Of a DNA stretch of 64,000 nucleotides, positions 12,781-32,404 are shown piece after piece; the stretch's first letter is position 1, and every line of letters begins with the position of its first letter. The notes below the pieces were generated by a model. The model made no database searches. It saw only the letters and a program-made list of their open reading frames with translations, and was not told the DNA's origin. The stretch comes from Chrysomallon squamiferum (lineage: Eukaryota; Animalia; Mollusca). Made by a program: the position numbers and the translations under genes. The DNA is taken from NCBI GenBank assembly GCA_012295275.1, contig CM022676.1, positions 18,538,001 to 18,602,000 on the forward strand. The letters run 5' to 3'.

Positions 12781-14446
12781 ATATAATATTGAACATTATT
12801 TGTATTCCGCGGTCCCAGGATATCGAGGTACTTAACTATTTGTTAGAAATAAAGAAATATACTTACATATATGAAGTTAAATATACTAGGGTTGCAGTTT
12901 TGGCTCTCTCTGCTTCATGTCCATGTCATTGTGTTAACAAATAAATGCAGTTAAAATGTTAAAACAGTTGATGAAAGTACATAGCATCATCTCAATGGCT
13001 TCCGTTCAAGGGAGGTTACCACGATATCGTGGTACATCACAAACTTTAAAATACGGTGGACCGTACGGGTCAAAAATTGCGCTTTTCGCACACACATTCG
13101 TAGTAATGTCTAGTAAAAAAAACTTCAATACAGGAACGAAGAAAAGTCGTCTTAAATTGTTTCGTTTTTTAAATGAAATCGGGTAAAGAAACAATATTAG
13201 AAGGGAATATTGAATGAAAGAAGGATTGTGAAGAAAATAAGGAAAACGAGAATGAAAGATGAGAAAATAAGATGAACAGAAGAAAATAATAAACAAATTC
13301 GAAACAAAAGAGAAAGCAGGTTTAAAAAGAGAGAGAGAAAAAAAAGAAAAGAAGAAAAGAGAAAAGAAAAAAGTGAATCAAGGGTGCGCTCGCTGAAAAC
13401 AATGTCTGTTTCACTGGTTTTATAGATAGATAGATAGATAGATAGATAGACATATAGATAGATAGATAGATAGATAGATAGGCAGATAGATATGTCGACG
13501 AAAATTTCCATACAACATGCATCATCACGAGTGAAGTGTTAATCAAACGTAACAAAAAAAAAAAAGCATTGATTATAATTTGTAATAAAATATTAAGAAA
13601 TACAAACTCTTTGTCCAGATTGACGTCTGCAATAGCAAAAATAATTTACAAAACAACTAAAAAACCCGATAACAACAGCATGAACAACTGAATGAGAAAC
13701 ATTGACTGAAGTAATGTTTTACATACATATACTGACAACTATAAATACAAACACACACGCACGCACGCGCTCACAGATAAATTGACAGATATACATTGTA
13801 TTTACTATAATACTGTATTCTTCTTCCTCATACAAGCATAGGGGAAGTGCACGTCCAAATGGAAACAGCGGAGATCATTTTAGTCGTAGATGATAGACTT
13901 TTGATTCATAAGAGATTCGTAAACTAAAGTAAAGTAAAGTAAATAAGTAAATAGTTTGATTTATAAACTCTAACTTTTATGGACCAATTAATAAGTATTT
14001 TTCGACAAAAGTTCTGTTTCCGGCCCCATTGAATTATATTAAACCCGTCAGTTCATACATTGATCCGGGATTCTGTATAAAGATAAAGTGGATCAATATA
14101 TCGAATTCCGGATTTATTGGTACTAGTTTCAAAGAAGTAAGAGGGACATTAGTGTACAGGAATGAGAGAACGAAAGATAGAAAAAACACATTAAAGGATT
14201 AAACAAGTAAACATTCGAAAGAAAATCTGAAAGAAACATACAGAAAATATGAAGTATTAAGTGACAGAATTAAAACAAAACAAATATAATTAAAATGAAA
14301 AGAACGAAAGACTAAAACAATGTGAAACAGAATTAAAAATGATAATAAATAATAATAAAATTAATAAAACAAAATCTTATAATCGACCGCTTGGAAAATA
14401 AGAGGCACGTACGTATATATATAAATATGTGTCTATGTGATGTATC

Positions 14447-14486
<40 letters not shown>

Positions 14487-14770
14487 AATGCGTGTATGTG
14501 TATGTTTGTTGCTTGAAAGGATTACAATAATTTCGTCTTTTACCATGATCTTCTGGAATACACAAACTCCGGCTAAAGCTTGGAGCACGATTTGGTGTTT
14601 CAGGTAATATTGAAGGTGTACAAATGGCGGTTTCAAAAGTTACGCTACTGAGATCTAACACTTAAATACAGCAATACTCACAAACTCATAAAAAATTGTT
14701 TTATGGTCAGAATTTAATTTAATATATGTATTTATTTACTGATTTATTTATTTATTCTATTTTATTGTTG

Positions 14771-14817
<47 letters not shown>

Positions 14818-14893
14818 ATTATTATATATATTGTTTCACTGTTGTTATTTTCAATTCACAAACAAGGCAGTAAGTAATAGAAACACATCAGAC

Positions 14894-16430
<1,537 letters not shown>

Positions 16431-16778
16431 ATTGCTGTGTAACTAGTGTTATCTTGAGTACCAACTAAGATTAAAGATTTATTATTAGAAGTGTTTTATC
16501 TGTGTCAGTCAGGCGGTCAGAACATTGCTGGAGAGAGAAACATTTGATATCAATATCAGGTCTATGCTCTTATCAAATCACTGTATTGCTAGAAAATTAC
16601 TTATAACAGTGACATATTATTATTAGACTTTCTGATTCTTTTCTGTTGTCGTATAAGTCATATAGACATGAATATAAACCTTTCTTAAAAATAGTAATAT
16701 TCAACTATCTTCATGATTTTTCCCATTCTGCAATAATTTCAGATTCTTGAAGAGGGCAAGTGATAGGACTGTTTGGAC

Positions 16779-16869
<91 letters not shown>

Positions 16870-17699
16870 CATAAGCAGTCGATATATAAATTAAAAATAT
16901 CAACGTAAATAAAAAACGGCAGAAATCGGAATAATCAACCTAGACGTGAAGCCGCTTTGTCTCTCAAAGGCGAGGTGCGTCCAGTGTCACCAAAATTACA
17001 ATAAAAGTAAACCTGAGCATGTCGAGAAGTCTGACTTGTTTTTACAGATAGATTCTTTGTTCATGACAGGACTGATGATTGTGTAACCAAATCAATCTTC
17101 TTTTAATGATTCAAATCAAACCAGAAGTTTATTTTATTTGTTTTTGAAAGTGTATTAAATAGCTCATTTCAGATTCTTCAATGTTCCAATGATGGAGGAA
17201 ACATGTAATTGAGATGACGTACATATATTCCATTTTCATGGCAACAGCAGAAGACATGTATTACAAAAATAATTAATAATTACAATGTAATAATCACAGT
17301 TATATCTGCCAATTTCTGTTATAAATATTTTGATAGGTTTTTGATTTGTCAGTGTTTATACTTTCTAGTTTTGATCTATTTACAGTAATGAAGACATCGC
17401 TGCCAGTTTTGTCACCCACAGAAATGAATCGATTGTACTTTTGATTTTATCTGTTCATTTCCTTTCAAGACTTTTCAAATAATTCTAGCGGTTCTTAATT
17501 ACATTAATAAATCCAGTTTATACCAATACTGCACGATTAATAATAACATTTTCTTTGTTATAACGTTAAACATGGATATCTATGAAACGGTTTTTAATTA
17601 ATACATTGTTCTTGTATATATTGGCTATAAATAATTTAAATAAAGTAATAATTTACACACAGATACACACATATTTATTGATTTATTTGTGTATTTGAT

Positions 17700-22940
<5,241 letters not shown>

Positions 22941-23214
22941 GCTGTTTCATTGATACGTGTAAACAACGAAATGAAATTGAGAAACATGGTTGGACAGACA
23001 GACAAAGAGAGAGAAATCTCACAACAATACTGAAAACATTATTAATATTGAATGCCTTAACAATTTGTTAGATAGGGAAATAATATTAATAATTAATTAA
23101 TTAAATAATGAACTTCATGGCTATATTGTTATTAACATTACTACTACTACTATATAATTTACATAATATATATAGCTACATAATATTTACCGATTATTTT
23201 GTTATTGTTATTGC

Positions 23215-23256
<42 letters not shown>

Positions 23257-23598
23257 AACTATTTGAAACAAGGACATTAGCAAATAGTTTGACTTTGTAC
23301 TGTATGGTTTAAAAACACCACGATATGTACAAGTAAACTGGGAGATTATGAAAACAAGCGAAGCGATAACTTGTATTGTTCATACTCGCCTGTGGGCTGC
23401 TTTTATAGTCATGATTTTCAGACAGACTGGTTCGACAAAACATTCATCAAGATATCGATAAGTGGTGTAAATCTACAGAAAAATAATATTAAGATAAGGA
23501 AAGAAAGTTGTATATTGTTTCCAAGGACTCTCTTTAGTTTTACATGATGTGTTAATGTATAAAACACGATATGAATTCTCATTTTAACACACACACAC

Positions 23599-23650
<52 letters not shown>

Positions 23651-23709
23651 TGATGAAGATAGATAATCCGCGACAGCGGTTCTGTTTTGTATACAGAAGA
23701 TCACCTCAG

Positions 23710-25233
23710 AGAATTTCAAACTGTAGCCTTGCTTTAATTATACATACATACACACACACACACATACATAGACTTTAATTATATATACACACACACACAC
23801 ACACATACATAGAATTTCAAACTTTATCCTTGCTTTAATTATATATACACACACACACACACATACATAGAATTTCAAACTTTATCCTTGCTTTAATTAT
23901 ATATACATACACACACACACACATACATAGAATTTCAAACTTTATCCTTGCTTTAATTATATATACATACACACATACATACACACACACACACATACAT
24001 AGAATTTCAAACTTTATCCTTGCTTTAATTATATACATACACACACACACACACATACATAGAATTTCAAACTTTATCCTTGCTTTAATTATATATACAT
24101 ACACACACTCACATACATAGAATTTCAAACTTTATCCTTGCTTTAATTATATGTACATACACACACACACACACATACATAGAATTTCAAACTTTATCCT
24201 TGCTTTAATTATATATACATACACACATACATACACACACACACACATACATAGAATTTCAAACTTTATCCTTGCTTTAATTATATATACATACACACAC
24301 ACACATACATAGAATTTCAAACACACATATGTACATACACACACACACACACATACATAGAATTTCAAACTTTATCCTTGAGAATTTCAAACTTTTATCC
24401 TTGCTTTAATATATACATACACACACACACATACATACATAGAATTTCAAACTTTATCCTTGCTTTAATTATATATACATACACACACACACACACACAT
24501 ACATAGAATTTCAAACTTTATCCTTGCTTTAATTATATATACATACACACACACACACATACATAGAATTTCAAACTTTATCCTTGCTTTAATTATATAT
24601 ACACACACACACACACACACATACATAGAATTTCAAACTTTATCCTTGCTTTAATTATATATACATACACACACACACACACATACATAGAATTTCAAAC
24701 TTTATCCTTGCTTTAATTATATATACATACACACACACACACACATACATAGAATTTCAAACTTTATCCTTGCTTTAATTATATATACATACACACACAC
24801 ACATACATACATAGAATTTCAAACTTTATCCTTGCTTTAATTATATATACATACACACATACATACACACACACACACACATACATAGAATTTCAAACTT
24901 TATCCTTGCTTTAATTATATATACATACACACACACACACACATTAGAATTTCAAACTTTATCCTTGCTTTAATTATATATATACACACACACACACACA
25001 TACATAGAATTTCAAACTTTATCCTTGCTTTAATTATATATACATACACACACACACATACATACATAGAATTTCAAACTTTATCCTTGCTTTAATTATA
25101 TATACATACACACATACATACACACACACACACACATACATAGAATTTCAAACTTTATCCTTGCTTTAATTATATATACATACACACACACACACACATA
25201 CATACATAGAATTTCAAACTTTGATCTTGCTTT
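23710..25233 (+). repeat. Compound minisatellite, roughly 25 units of about 58-74 bp
   Basis: Constant core agaatttcaaactttatccttgctttaatt followed by a variable (TA)n(CATA)(CA)n(CATA) spacer. Confidence 0.97.
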
Positions 25234-25454
25234 GATAAGCGTTTCGCGGCGGCATCTGGTAAGAGATTTGTCTAACTTTTGTTTTTTCGTTTTTTTTTCA
25301 CGCCTTAATATTTAATATATATATATAGTTATATATGTATACATACTTATACACAATTATATATGTTCCTTGTTTTTATACATGTGTTATGTTTTCGTGA
25401 ATTGGTATATTTGTTGTTACACAAAATACGTTTGTTTATCTCTACACCTTTGTA

Positions 25455-25498
<44 letters not shown>

Positions 25499-27152
25499 TG
25501 TGTGTGTTGGTTTATTTGTGTGTCTATATGTGTGTGTGTATGTATGTTTAAGAAAGAGTGAATACTGCTCTGATTTTGCAAACAGACGTGAGGGAAAGAC
25601 ACCTGTCTGTGTATGTTTATGTATATAAATATAAACAGAGACAAAACGATTACGTTTAAATTGCAGTGAAAAATTATGTGTAGTTACTGACAATGCTAAT
25701 TACTATGTAAATTATTTGTCTTTCGTTCTGCAATTTACATTCGGTATCCGAAGTAGACAGCATCCGAATTAGTCACTGTTTTGTTCACAACAGATTAACA
25801 GTAGCTGGAAGGGAAACTGAAATGTGCCGGTGCAGCAGTTAATTACAAACCCCTGGAAATCGCAAGTGTTATCAGTACTTTAATTAATCATTGTTTAAGA
25901 AGGAAGTTGGTCAGTAAATAATTTCAAATCAGACTGTCGCTCTTTTTATTTTTCAGTTGTGTATCACAAGTATGGGACTAGAGTTTTTTGTAGCTGCAGC
26001 TAAAAAGAAAGTTAGAAAAATCTGAAATTTTAAGGTTCCGGCGGGATAAAATATTTTTTGTTGCAATTTATCAGGCATACTATAGTTGAAATCGTTCTTA
26101 AACACAAACATAATTAATTTTTGGCAAAATCTTGTGCACAAAATAAAAATGTCCAAACTCAAATATTTGTCTTTCAGATCAAAATCACATATGGAAGGAA
26201 TGTTTATTGTAAGATAGAATTAAAAACACCATTACTACTGCTATGTGTGGGTATATTAGGAGGGGTTTGTGATTTACAGGGTTTGTTATTTCCTGCTACA
26301 CTGGTTTATACACAAAACCGGGTTAGTCCAAGGTTATTTTTCGCCGAGTTCACGGTGTGTATGTCTGCGTATGTGTGTGTGTCTGCATGAGTGTGTGTTT
26401 CTGTGATGAAACAATTTAAAACAGTTTATTTATTTATTGTTTAATTTTTAAAATTAACTAATGATCAGTGTTAGTTAAACGTATAGCAAGCTAATATACA
26501 CGTGTGCATGTATGTATACTTTGGTGTGTACACACACACTGACACACACACACACATACACATACATATACTATAACTCAATGTGAGCACAAAAGAAACA
26601 AATAAATAAATAAATAAATAACAAATGTAAATAATAATACCTGACACATTCTTTCAATATCTTTGCAATTCACCTGTTTACGTTTTAGACACGAATTAAA
26701 TACAAAAATAAACGAAGTGAAAATTCATAATAAAAACACAAATTTATTCATCTGTTTTTCATTTATTTATATCTCATACATAAATAAATACAGAAAGAGT
26801 TGCTAGTGTTAGTAAAAGAAAATGGATAAATAAATCAAATAACAGTTCTTACTTTAATGTCTGACAACCAGGAAATACATAAATAATAATAGTAATATAA
26901 TAAATAAGAAATGAGATGTTTATATACATGATGCACGTGTTTGACAGAAATCAGTTCATAAGAAATCAAAAATTTCAAATAAAGTGTGTATGACGTCATC
27001 TCTGCTGTCTGACGTCATCATAAATACAAAACGTAAACAAACATAAATAAATAAATAATCAAACTAAATAAATAAATAAATAAACAAATAAATAAATACA
27101 AATATGAGCCCAGTGATGACTAAAAGTGACAGTGTTTGAACGATGTTGTTTT

Positions 27153-27293
27153 TTACACTAAAAATAACAAAGCAGGTATTTGTCCGTCTGTCACATCTGT
27201 ACGAAGTTCTCTGTCACTGTGTTTAGATTTGTGTGACTCAGACAATCTACAAACAAAAGAGTCTACAACAATTTCTGATTTACCATCCTCTCC
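27153..27293 (-). pseudogene. In-frame PHR C-terminal segment lying beyond the premature TAA
   Basis: The same frame continues for 46 codons: GEDGKSEIVVDSFVCRLSESHKSKHSDRELRTDVTDGQIPALLFLV*. It ends in the PHR terminal motif T-x-x-x-x-GQIP-x-x-x-F. Confidence 0.85.
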
Positions 27294-28215
27294 TTAAAAT
27301 GAGTAGTCTCCATCAACATTAACAAACAAGCTGTACTCAGTGTCTTTAGTAATCTTCACTGGACGACTGAACACGACGTCATACACGTCAGACACGACGT
27401 GTTTATATCTCTGTGTCAGTGTAGACCCGTCCAGTATTTCGTCTGTTCTTGTGTCAGTGACGAAGGCGCTGACGTCGTAGTTTCGTGGTTCATCGTCACC
27501 GTACAACTGAAATCCGCGAAGTAAAGCGTTTTTGTTCACAGAGAAAGTAATGGCGTCGTCTTCTTCACCAGAACACGACAAGAATACACCATACGAACCA
27601 AAGCAACTGAACCTGTTTATTGTAATCTGTGTTTTAGGAATCATTGCAGTTCTTATGTTTGAGTTAAAAGGTGAAACATCTTCATCACTGCTCACCCAGT
27701 GTCTCCAAATCTTGTTTTCTTCTGTGTCAGTGAGTATGTGAGTTGGTGTCACGTGTTTTACAAAATACGTCTGATCGAGTAATGGATAACGCACGTGCTT
27801 CACGACCTCTCCCAGTGCTTCGCGCATGTTTTTTTCACTCGTCTGCTTCCCTTGCTTCCTGCACGCGCTGTCAGCCCACTTCACAGCGGCTTCAAAAACA
27901 TTTTTCTCGTCTGCTGTCAGTTCGTCTGATCGTACGATCTCAACCAGACATTCGTGACAAAGATCGGTGACTTCATCCGACTTCAGAACTTCGTCGCCAT
28001 TTTTCAAAATGTAGTCCATAGTTTTTTTCCTTAGATCATGTTCATCAAACAGGTGAGCTTGTTCCAGCACGACGCACGCATTCCGTGACGACAACGACGA
28101 CTCCAAATAGTTGACGCACTGTTCTTCCAGTGTCGTGACGATGTACTTCCTCGATAGATACAGCAGACCGGTGACGTTGTCGCCTGTTAGGACGACGTCA
28201 TCCGTGTAAAGATAT
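27294..28215 (-). CDS. BTB-BACK-PHR protein, coding exon 2 up to the first in-frame stop (spliced product 392 aa)
   Basis: Acceptor tcttttacacag at 28217-28216 joins in frame to give K-YLYTDDVVLTGDNVTGLLYLSRKYIVTTLEEQCVNYL (BTB C-half). BACK follows (NACVVLEQAHLFDEHDL...EKNVFEAAVKWA...HVRYPLL), then PHR (INRF...DAITFSVNKNALLRGFQLYG...VVFSRPVKI). The intron 28216-28473 is GT-AG. Confidence 0.93.
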
Positions 28216-28427
28216 CTGTGTAAAAGAAGTAGATTAAGACTTCAAAATGTGAGATAATTATGTGAGATCAATTAATTAGAAAATAATTAGATTACTAACA
28301 AAAACTGTATTGTTATCAACGTTTCTGTTTGTTTGTATGTATGTCTCCTCTTCCTCACTGTTTTCGTACATGTGTTTCCATGTGTGTTTCCATGTTTCTG
28401 TGTATATGTGTATGTGTCTGTGTGTCT

Positions 28428-28461
<34 letters not shown>

Positions 28462-28473
28462 TTTTTAACATAC

Positions 28474-28730
28474 TTTAAAAACTCTGAAAAGATGTCTGCC
28501 TTCACATCAGGTATCACAATATCTGATTTTTCGCGAAGTTCTCCAGTCAACATCTGACTGAAAACTTCGCTTCGAATGATCAGAATTAACTGATGCGCAT
28601 CGACAGCAGTTTTATGTTCCCCGACTAAAAATCTGACGTCTGTGTGAGTTTTTGTAAGAAAAACGTGTTCAATGCATTGCATCAGATTCTTCCCTGTCTG
28701 CCAACTTGAGGTTCCAGCTGCAGTGGCCAT
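28474..28730 (-). CDS. BTB-BACK-PHR protein (BTBD1/2/3/6-like), coding exon 1: N-terminal half of the BTB domain
   Basis: Translates as MATAAGTSSWQTGKNL...TDVRFLVG...AHQLILIIRSEVFSQMLTGELREKSDIVIPDVKADIFSEFLK, a typical BTB N-half. Splice acceptor tttctag at 28739-28738 lies just upstream of the ATG. Donor AA|GTATGT at 28473 is phase 2. Confidence 0.93.
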
Positions 28731-28750
28731 GTTCTCACTAGAAACAGAAG

Positions 28751-28818
<68 letters not shown>

Positions 28819-28940
28819 CATACTAAATATAATTTACAAATATTTCCGTGTACATATGACCTGTACATGGACATATTCCAAAACCGAAACAAACACTTTT
28901 TATATAAAAAAATTAATCAAAATCATTTCTAAAAACCGAC

Positions 28941-28986
28941 TAGTTTCTGTTTAACGCCTCTACTACTGAACACTGAGATCAGAGAT
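28941..28986 (-). other. Candidate 5' UTR exon of the BTB gene
   Basis: Acceptor ttatttttag at 28988-28987 and possible donor GTCGGT at 28940. Homologous to the AG/GT-flanked segment 767-710. Confidence 0.45.
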
Positions 28987-28987
28987 C

Positions 28988-29048
<61 letters not shown>

Positions 29049-29418
29049 AAGATAAGGAAAGAAAGAAAAACATCGGATAGATAAAGGATAAAAAAGAAAT
29101 ATCTTGTGGTTATGGTAATGATTACTATCCTGATGACGAAGACACAAATAATTATTTTTATTATCAGTATTATTATAAACAGAGGTGTGTGGTCAGTCAG
29201 GTAAGAAATATTTCACTGTGGGAGAAACGATTTTCATATCGCAATGTACTTGTGGTCATTTATAACAATTTACTTCTCGAAAAGTCAGCAAAATTATCCG
29301 TCAGTGACAGATCTAAAAAGAAACACTAAAGAACAAGAAATATTAATAAAGAAAAAAAAAATAATAAAGAAACAAACCAGGATGCGATATTTTTGAAATA
29401 GAAAACAATTTAAAATAC

Positions 29419-29509
29419 CTTCTAATTTAAACTTGCTGATGGACAATTTATTTAAGCGACTATTTTCTCTCTGTCGACTCAACTGCTGTAGATCACCGCT
29501 ATCACCGAT
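29419..29509 (-). other. Candidate upstream 5' UTR exon of the BTB gene
   Basis: Acceptor tttattcttag at 29511-29510 and donor AAG|GTATTT at 29418. No ORF. Confidence 0.35.
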
Positions 29510-29714
29510 CTAAGAATAAATGAATACAAATTAAAATAAAATAAAACGAAATGAAATAAAGTAAGCAATAAATAGCAAAATATATCAATAAGAAATAATG
29601 TCTCTACTAGGGTAGTAACAGAAATAGTAGTACTAGTATTAAAGATATTATTACTACTACTACTAGTAATAAATTAAGAACACTGGAATAGTTAAAACAT
29701 AATAAAATAAAAAT

Positions 29715-29832
29715 ATCATAGACTTTCAATATGGCCGACTTGTTTTATTTCTGCTTTGTGTACTTTTGGTTCTTAAAATCCTCCACTGATAAACACGCGA
29801 GTGACGTCAGATATTTTACACGTCATCAAGTG
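29715..29832 (-). promoter_or_regulatory. Candidate promoter / first-exon region of the BTB gene
   Basis: CpG-containing patch with CRE palindrome TGACGTCA (29802-29809). 29786-29825 aligns with 1684-1723 and with the equivalent at about 31960-31990. Confidence 0.4.
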
Positions 29833-30049
29833 CAGTGGCGTGCAGAGGTGAGGGCCGAAGGGGCTCTGGCACCGAGCATCCAGATTTATATTTAAATCGA
29901 ATAAAGTGTTTATGTTTCATCTGTGTTTACATATTCAAAATATCTTCCTTTCTCATACTATTCCTCAGTGCTAGGCCTTGTACTTGAATCTTTGGAAATT
30001 ACAATCAAGGAGTTGGCCCCGGGCTTCACCAGACCTCCACACGACACTG
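29833..30049. mobile_element. hAT-superfamily MITE (217 bp)
   Basis: Exact 8-bp TSD atcaagtg at 29825-29832 and 30050-30057. Imperfect 16-bp TIRs cagtggcgtgcagagg / cctccacacgacactg. Confidence 0.88.
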
Positions 30050-30200
30050 ATCAAGTGTCACGTTGTTAGGTTTCAATGTCAGTTTAATATAAAGAAATCA
30101 TGCTACGAGATATATGTATACTCATCTTACAGAAATCTTTTCTAAAATTGATTATAACAATTGAATAGATTAAGTACTACTAGATTGCATTGTTTATAGG

Positions 30201-30216
30201 TAAGTTATGAAATCTG

Positions 30217-30298
<82 letters not shown>

Positions 30299-30984
30299 TA
30301 AACAAGAGCAAAAACAACAATAAGAAGAAGAAATAAATTTTACAGTGCACTAAATATACGTGTACATATTTTATTTCTCTGACGATGCTTGCATGACCAG
30401 TATATCAAGTTAAGCTAACACGTGACGTTTGTTTGTAATGTAGGTAAGATAAAAATAGCGTGTCACTGCTGTATGAGAAACACAAAGATATACTCGGGTG
30501 TTATTTACAACGATCTGACAAATTCATTGTTAAAAAACTGTCTGCCCATAAGTGTAGAAATAAACCCGTGAAAATTTGAAATTATTTCCATTTGTCATTA
30601 TTTCAAGGAAGAAGATATAGACAACCCAATTATTTCCAATAAACAGAACAAACTAACAAACTCGTAAAGAGAAAACAATACTATTATATAAGATAATATT
30701 ATCACATCTTCTATTGGCACGTACCATAAAACAAAAAAAAGCCTCACACTGTAATACTGTTTGTTTATTATATGTATATCAATAGCACTAGTAATATCAA
30801 TAATAATAAATAATAATAATAAATAATAAATTAAATTATTAAATAAATATAAAATAAAATACATTGTAGTTAACACAATATAAAACACATATTTACTTAC
30901 CTGAACAAATTTCTGATCGATAATTTCTTAGAAAGAAGTAATTTCTTTTTAACTCTACTATTGATTACAGAGATCAGGGATCAA

Positions 30985-31051
<67 letters not shown>

Positions 31052-32198
31052 AATGATATAAAGTAAAACGAAATAATCAGATACAGCATAAACTATAAAC
31101 GATTAACTGAACTCTTCAGATAGAGGAACCAATTATCCGGCGTCCTGAAATACCGAAAGACCAGAAAACCAGAACTTTTCCCGACGCAATTTTCATACTT
31201 TGCGCCCGCGGGTTTTGTCCTCACGAGACCGTAACTGCTCTTTCAAGCCGCGTGTTGTTCATTCACTCGCCGCATTGTTTACGTGTCGAGTCGCCACAGT
31301 TGTGTGTCGTCAATTTTCTTTATTTCTTTTTTTTTTTTAAACTGTAAAATGTTTATGCCTAAATATTTACGAATTTAGATGCCTTGGCACGAGAAAACCG
31401 GAAGATCCAGAAATTCGGAATGCCTCAGGACCCAAGGAGTCCCGATAATTGATCCGGTACCTGTATTTAGGTGATACTATTACAACTACTGCTACTGCAA
31501 CTGCTACTACTAATAGAATAATAATTATTATTATAATAACGACACCATTATTATTTTTATTTGTTCTTAGTATTTTTATTTTTTTTTTTTTTTTTATTTA
31601 TTATTGTTGTTGTTGGCTGTTGTTATTATTAAATATTCTTCGATATTTATCATAAACCAGTGTGTTAGGTATAAAAAATCGAAAACAAATAAAATCGTTA
31701 AAGAAAATTCACACAAAAAATGTATAGCTTTGACAAAATAGATTACTAATTCAATATGTCTGGTCTGATTTAAGTAAAAGTACTAATAGTACAGCATATA
31801 TTAAATTACAATAAAATACAAAATACCTTCAAATTTCAAAATGTCCGCCTGCGAACAAAAGTACGTCCTTGCTTGGTGAGTGTTTTCCTGGAACTGACAA
31901 CGTCCTGTTTGACAAGTCACTGAAATATCTTCTGTGTATCGCTGTTTACAAAGTCGTCTGCTCATAAACACGTGACTGAAATCAGATCTCACGCCACCTT
32001 TAGCGGTAAATACATGCAGATATATTGTAATATACAATGTTTGCCGTGTAAAGTAACGTATGTTTCAAACCTGTTAATTATATATATTTGTCATTACTTT
32101 TTTTTAGTGTTAAACATTTATTTCTCACACTATATTGATGAAAAACTGATCGCTAAAAAGTGTCTGTTAGGTAGGTCAGATAAAAATAGTGTGCTAAT
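30201..32198 (+). repeat. Segmental duplication, copy 2
   Basis: Matches 44-1928. Similarity stops abruptly after aaaatagtgtgctaat in both copies. Confidence 0.95.
31117..31463. mobile_element. Second copy of the same MITE, inside the duplication
   Basis: Same internal sequence and same flanks, with more degraded TIRs (ccaattatccgg ... cccgataattgatccggtacctg|TA). Insertion therefore predates the duplication. Confidence 0.75.
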
Positions 32199-32347
32199 AG
32201 TACTGGGGACAAGAAACGTTATACCTAGGATCGTGAAAAATGCAATGTAATGGTGAATCAGAAAATATGGGACACTCTTTTATTTGTACATAGTATGAGT
32301 CAAAGCGACCTAAGCACAGATGTGAAAAACATCACGTTTATTATTTC

Positions 32348-32404
<57 letters not shown>

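Noticed and set aside
23710-25233. CRISPR-like layout (30-bp constant repeat plus ~30-40-bp spacers)
   Set aside because: The spacers are near-identical CA/TA microsatellites rather than unique sequences. There are no cas genes and the context is eukaryotic.
27294-27296. Selenocysteine or alternative genetic code explanation of the internal stop
   Set aside because: The codon is TAA, not TGA, and the same gene's natural terminator is also TAA.
28287-28473. C-terminal HTHT-rich part of the 147-aa ORF
   Set aside because: It is read-through into the intron's (CA)n tract. Splicing at 28473 restores the BTB domain.
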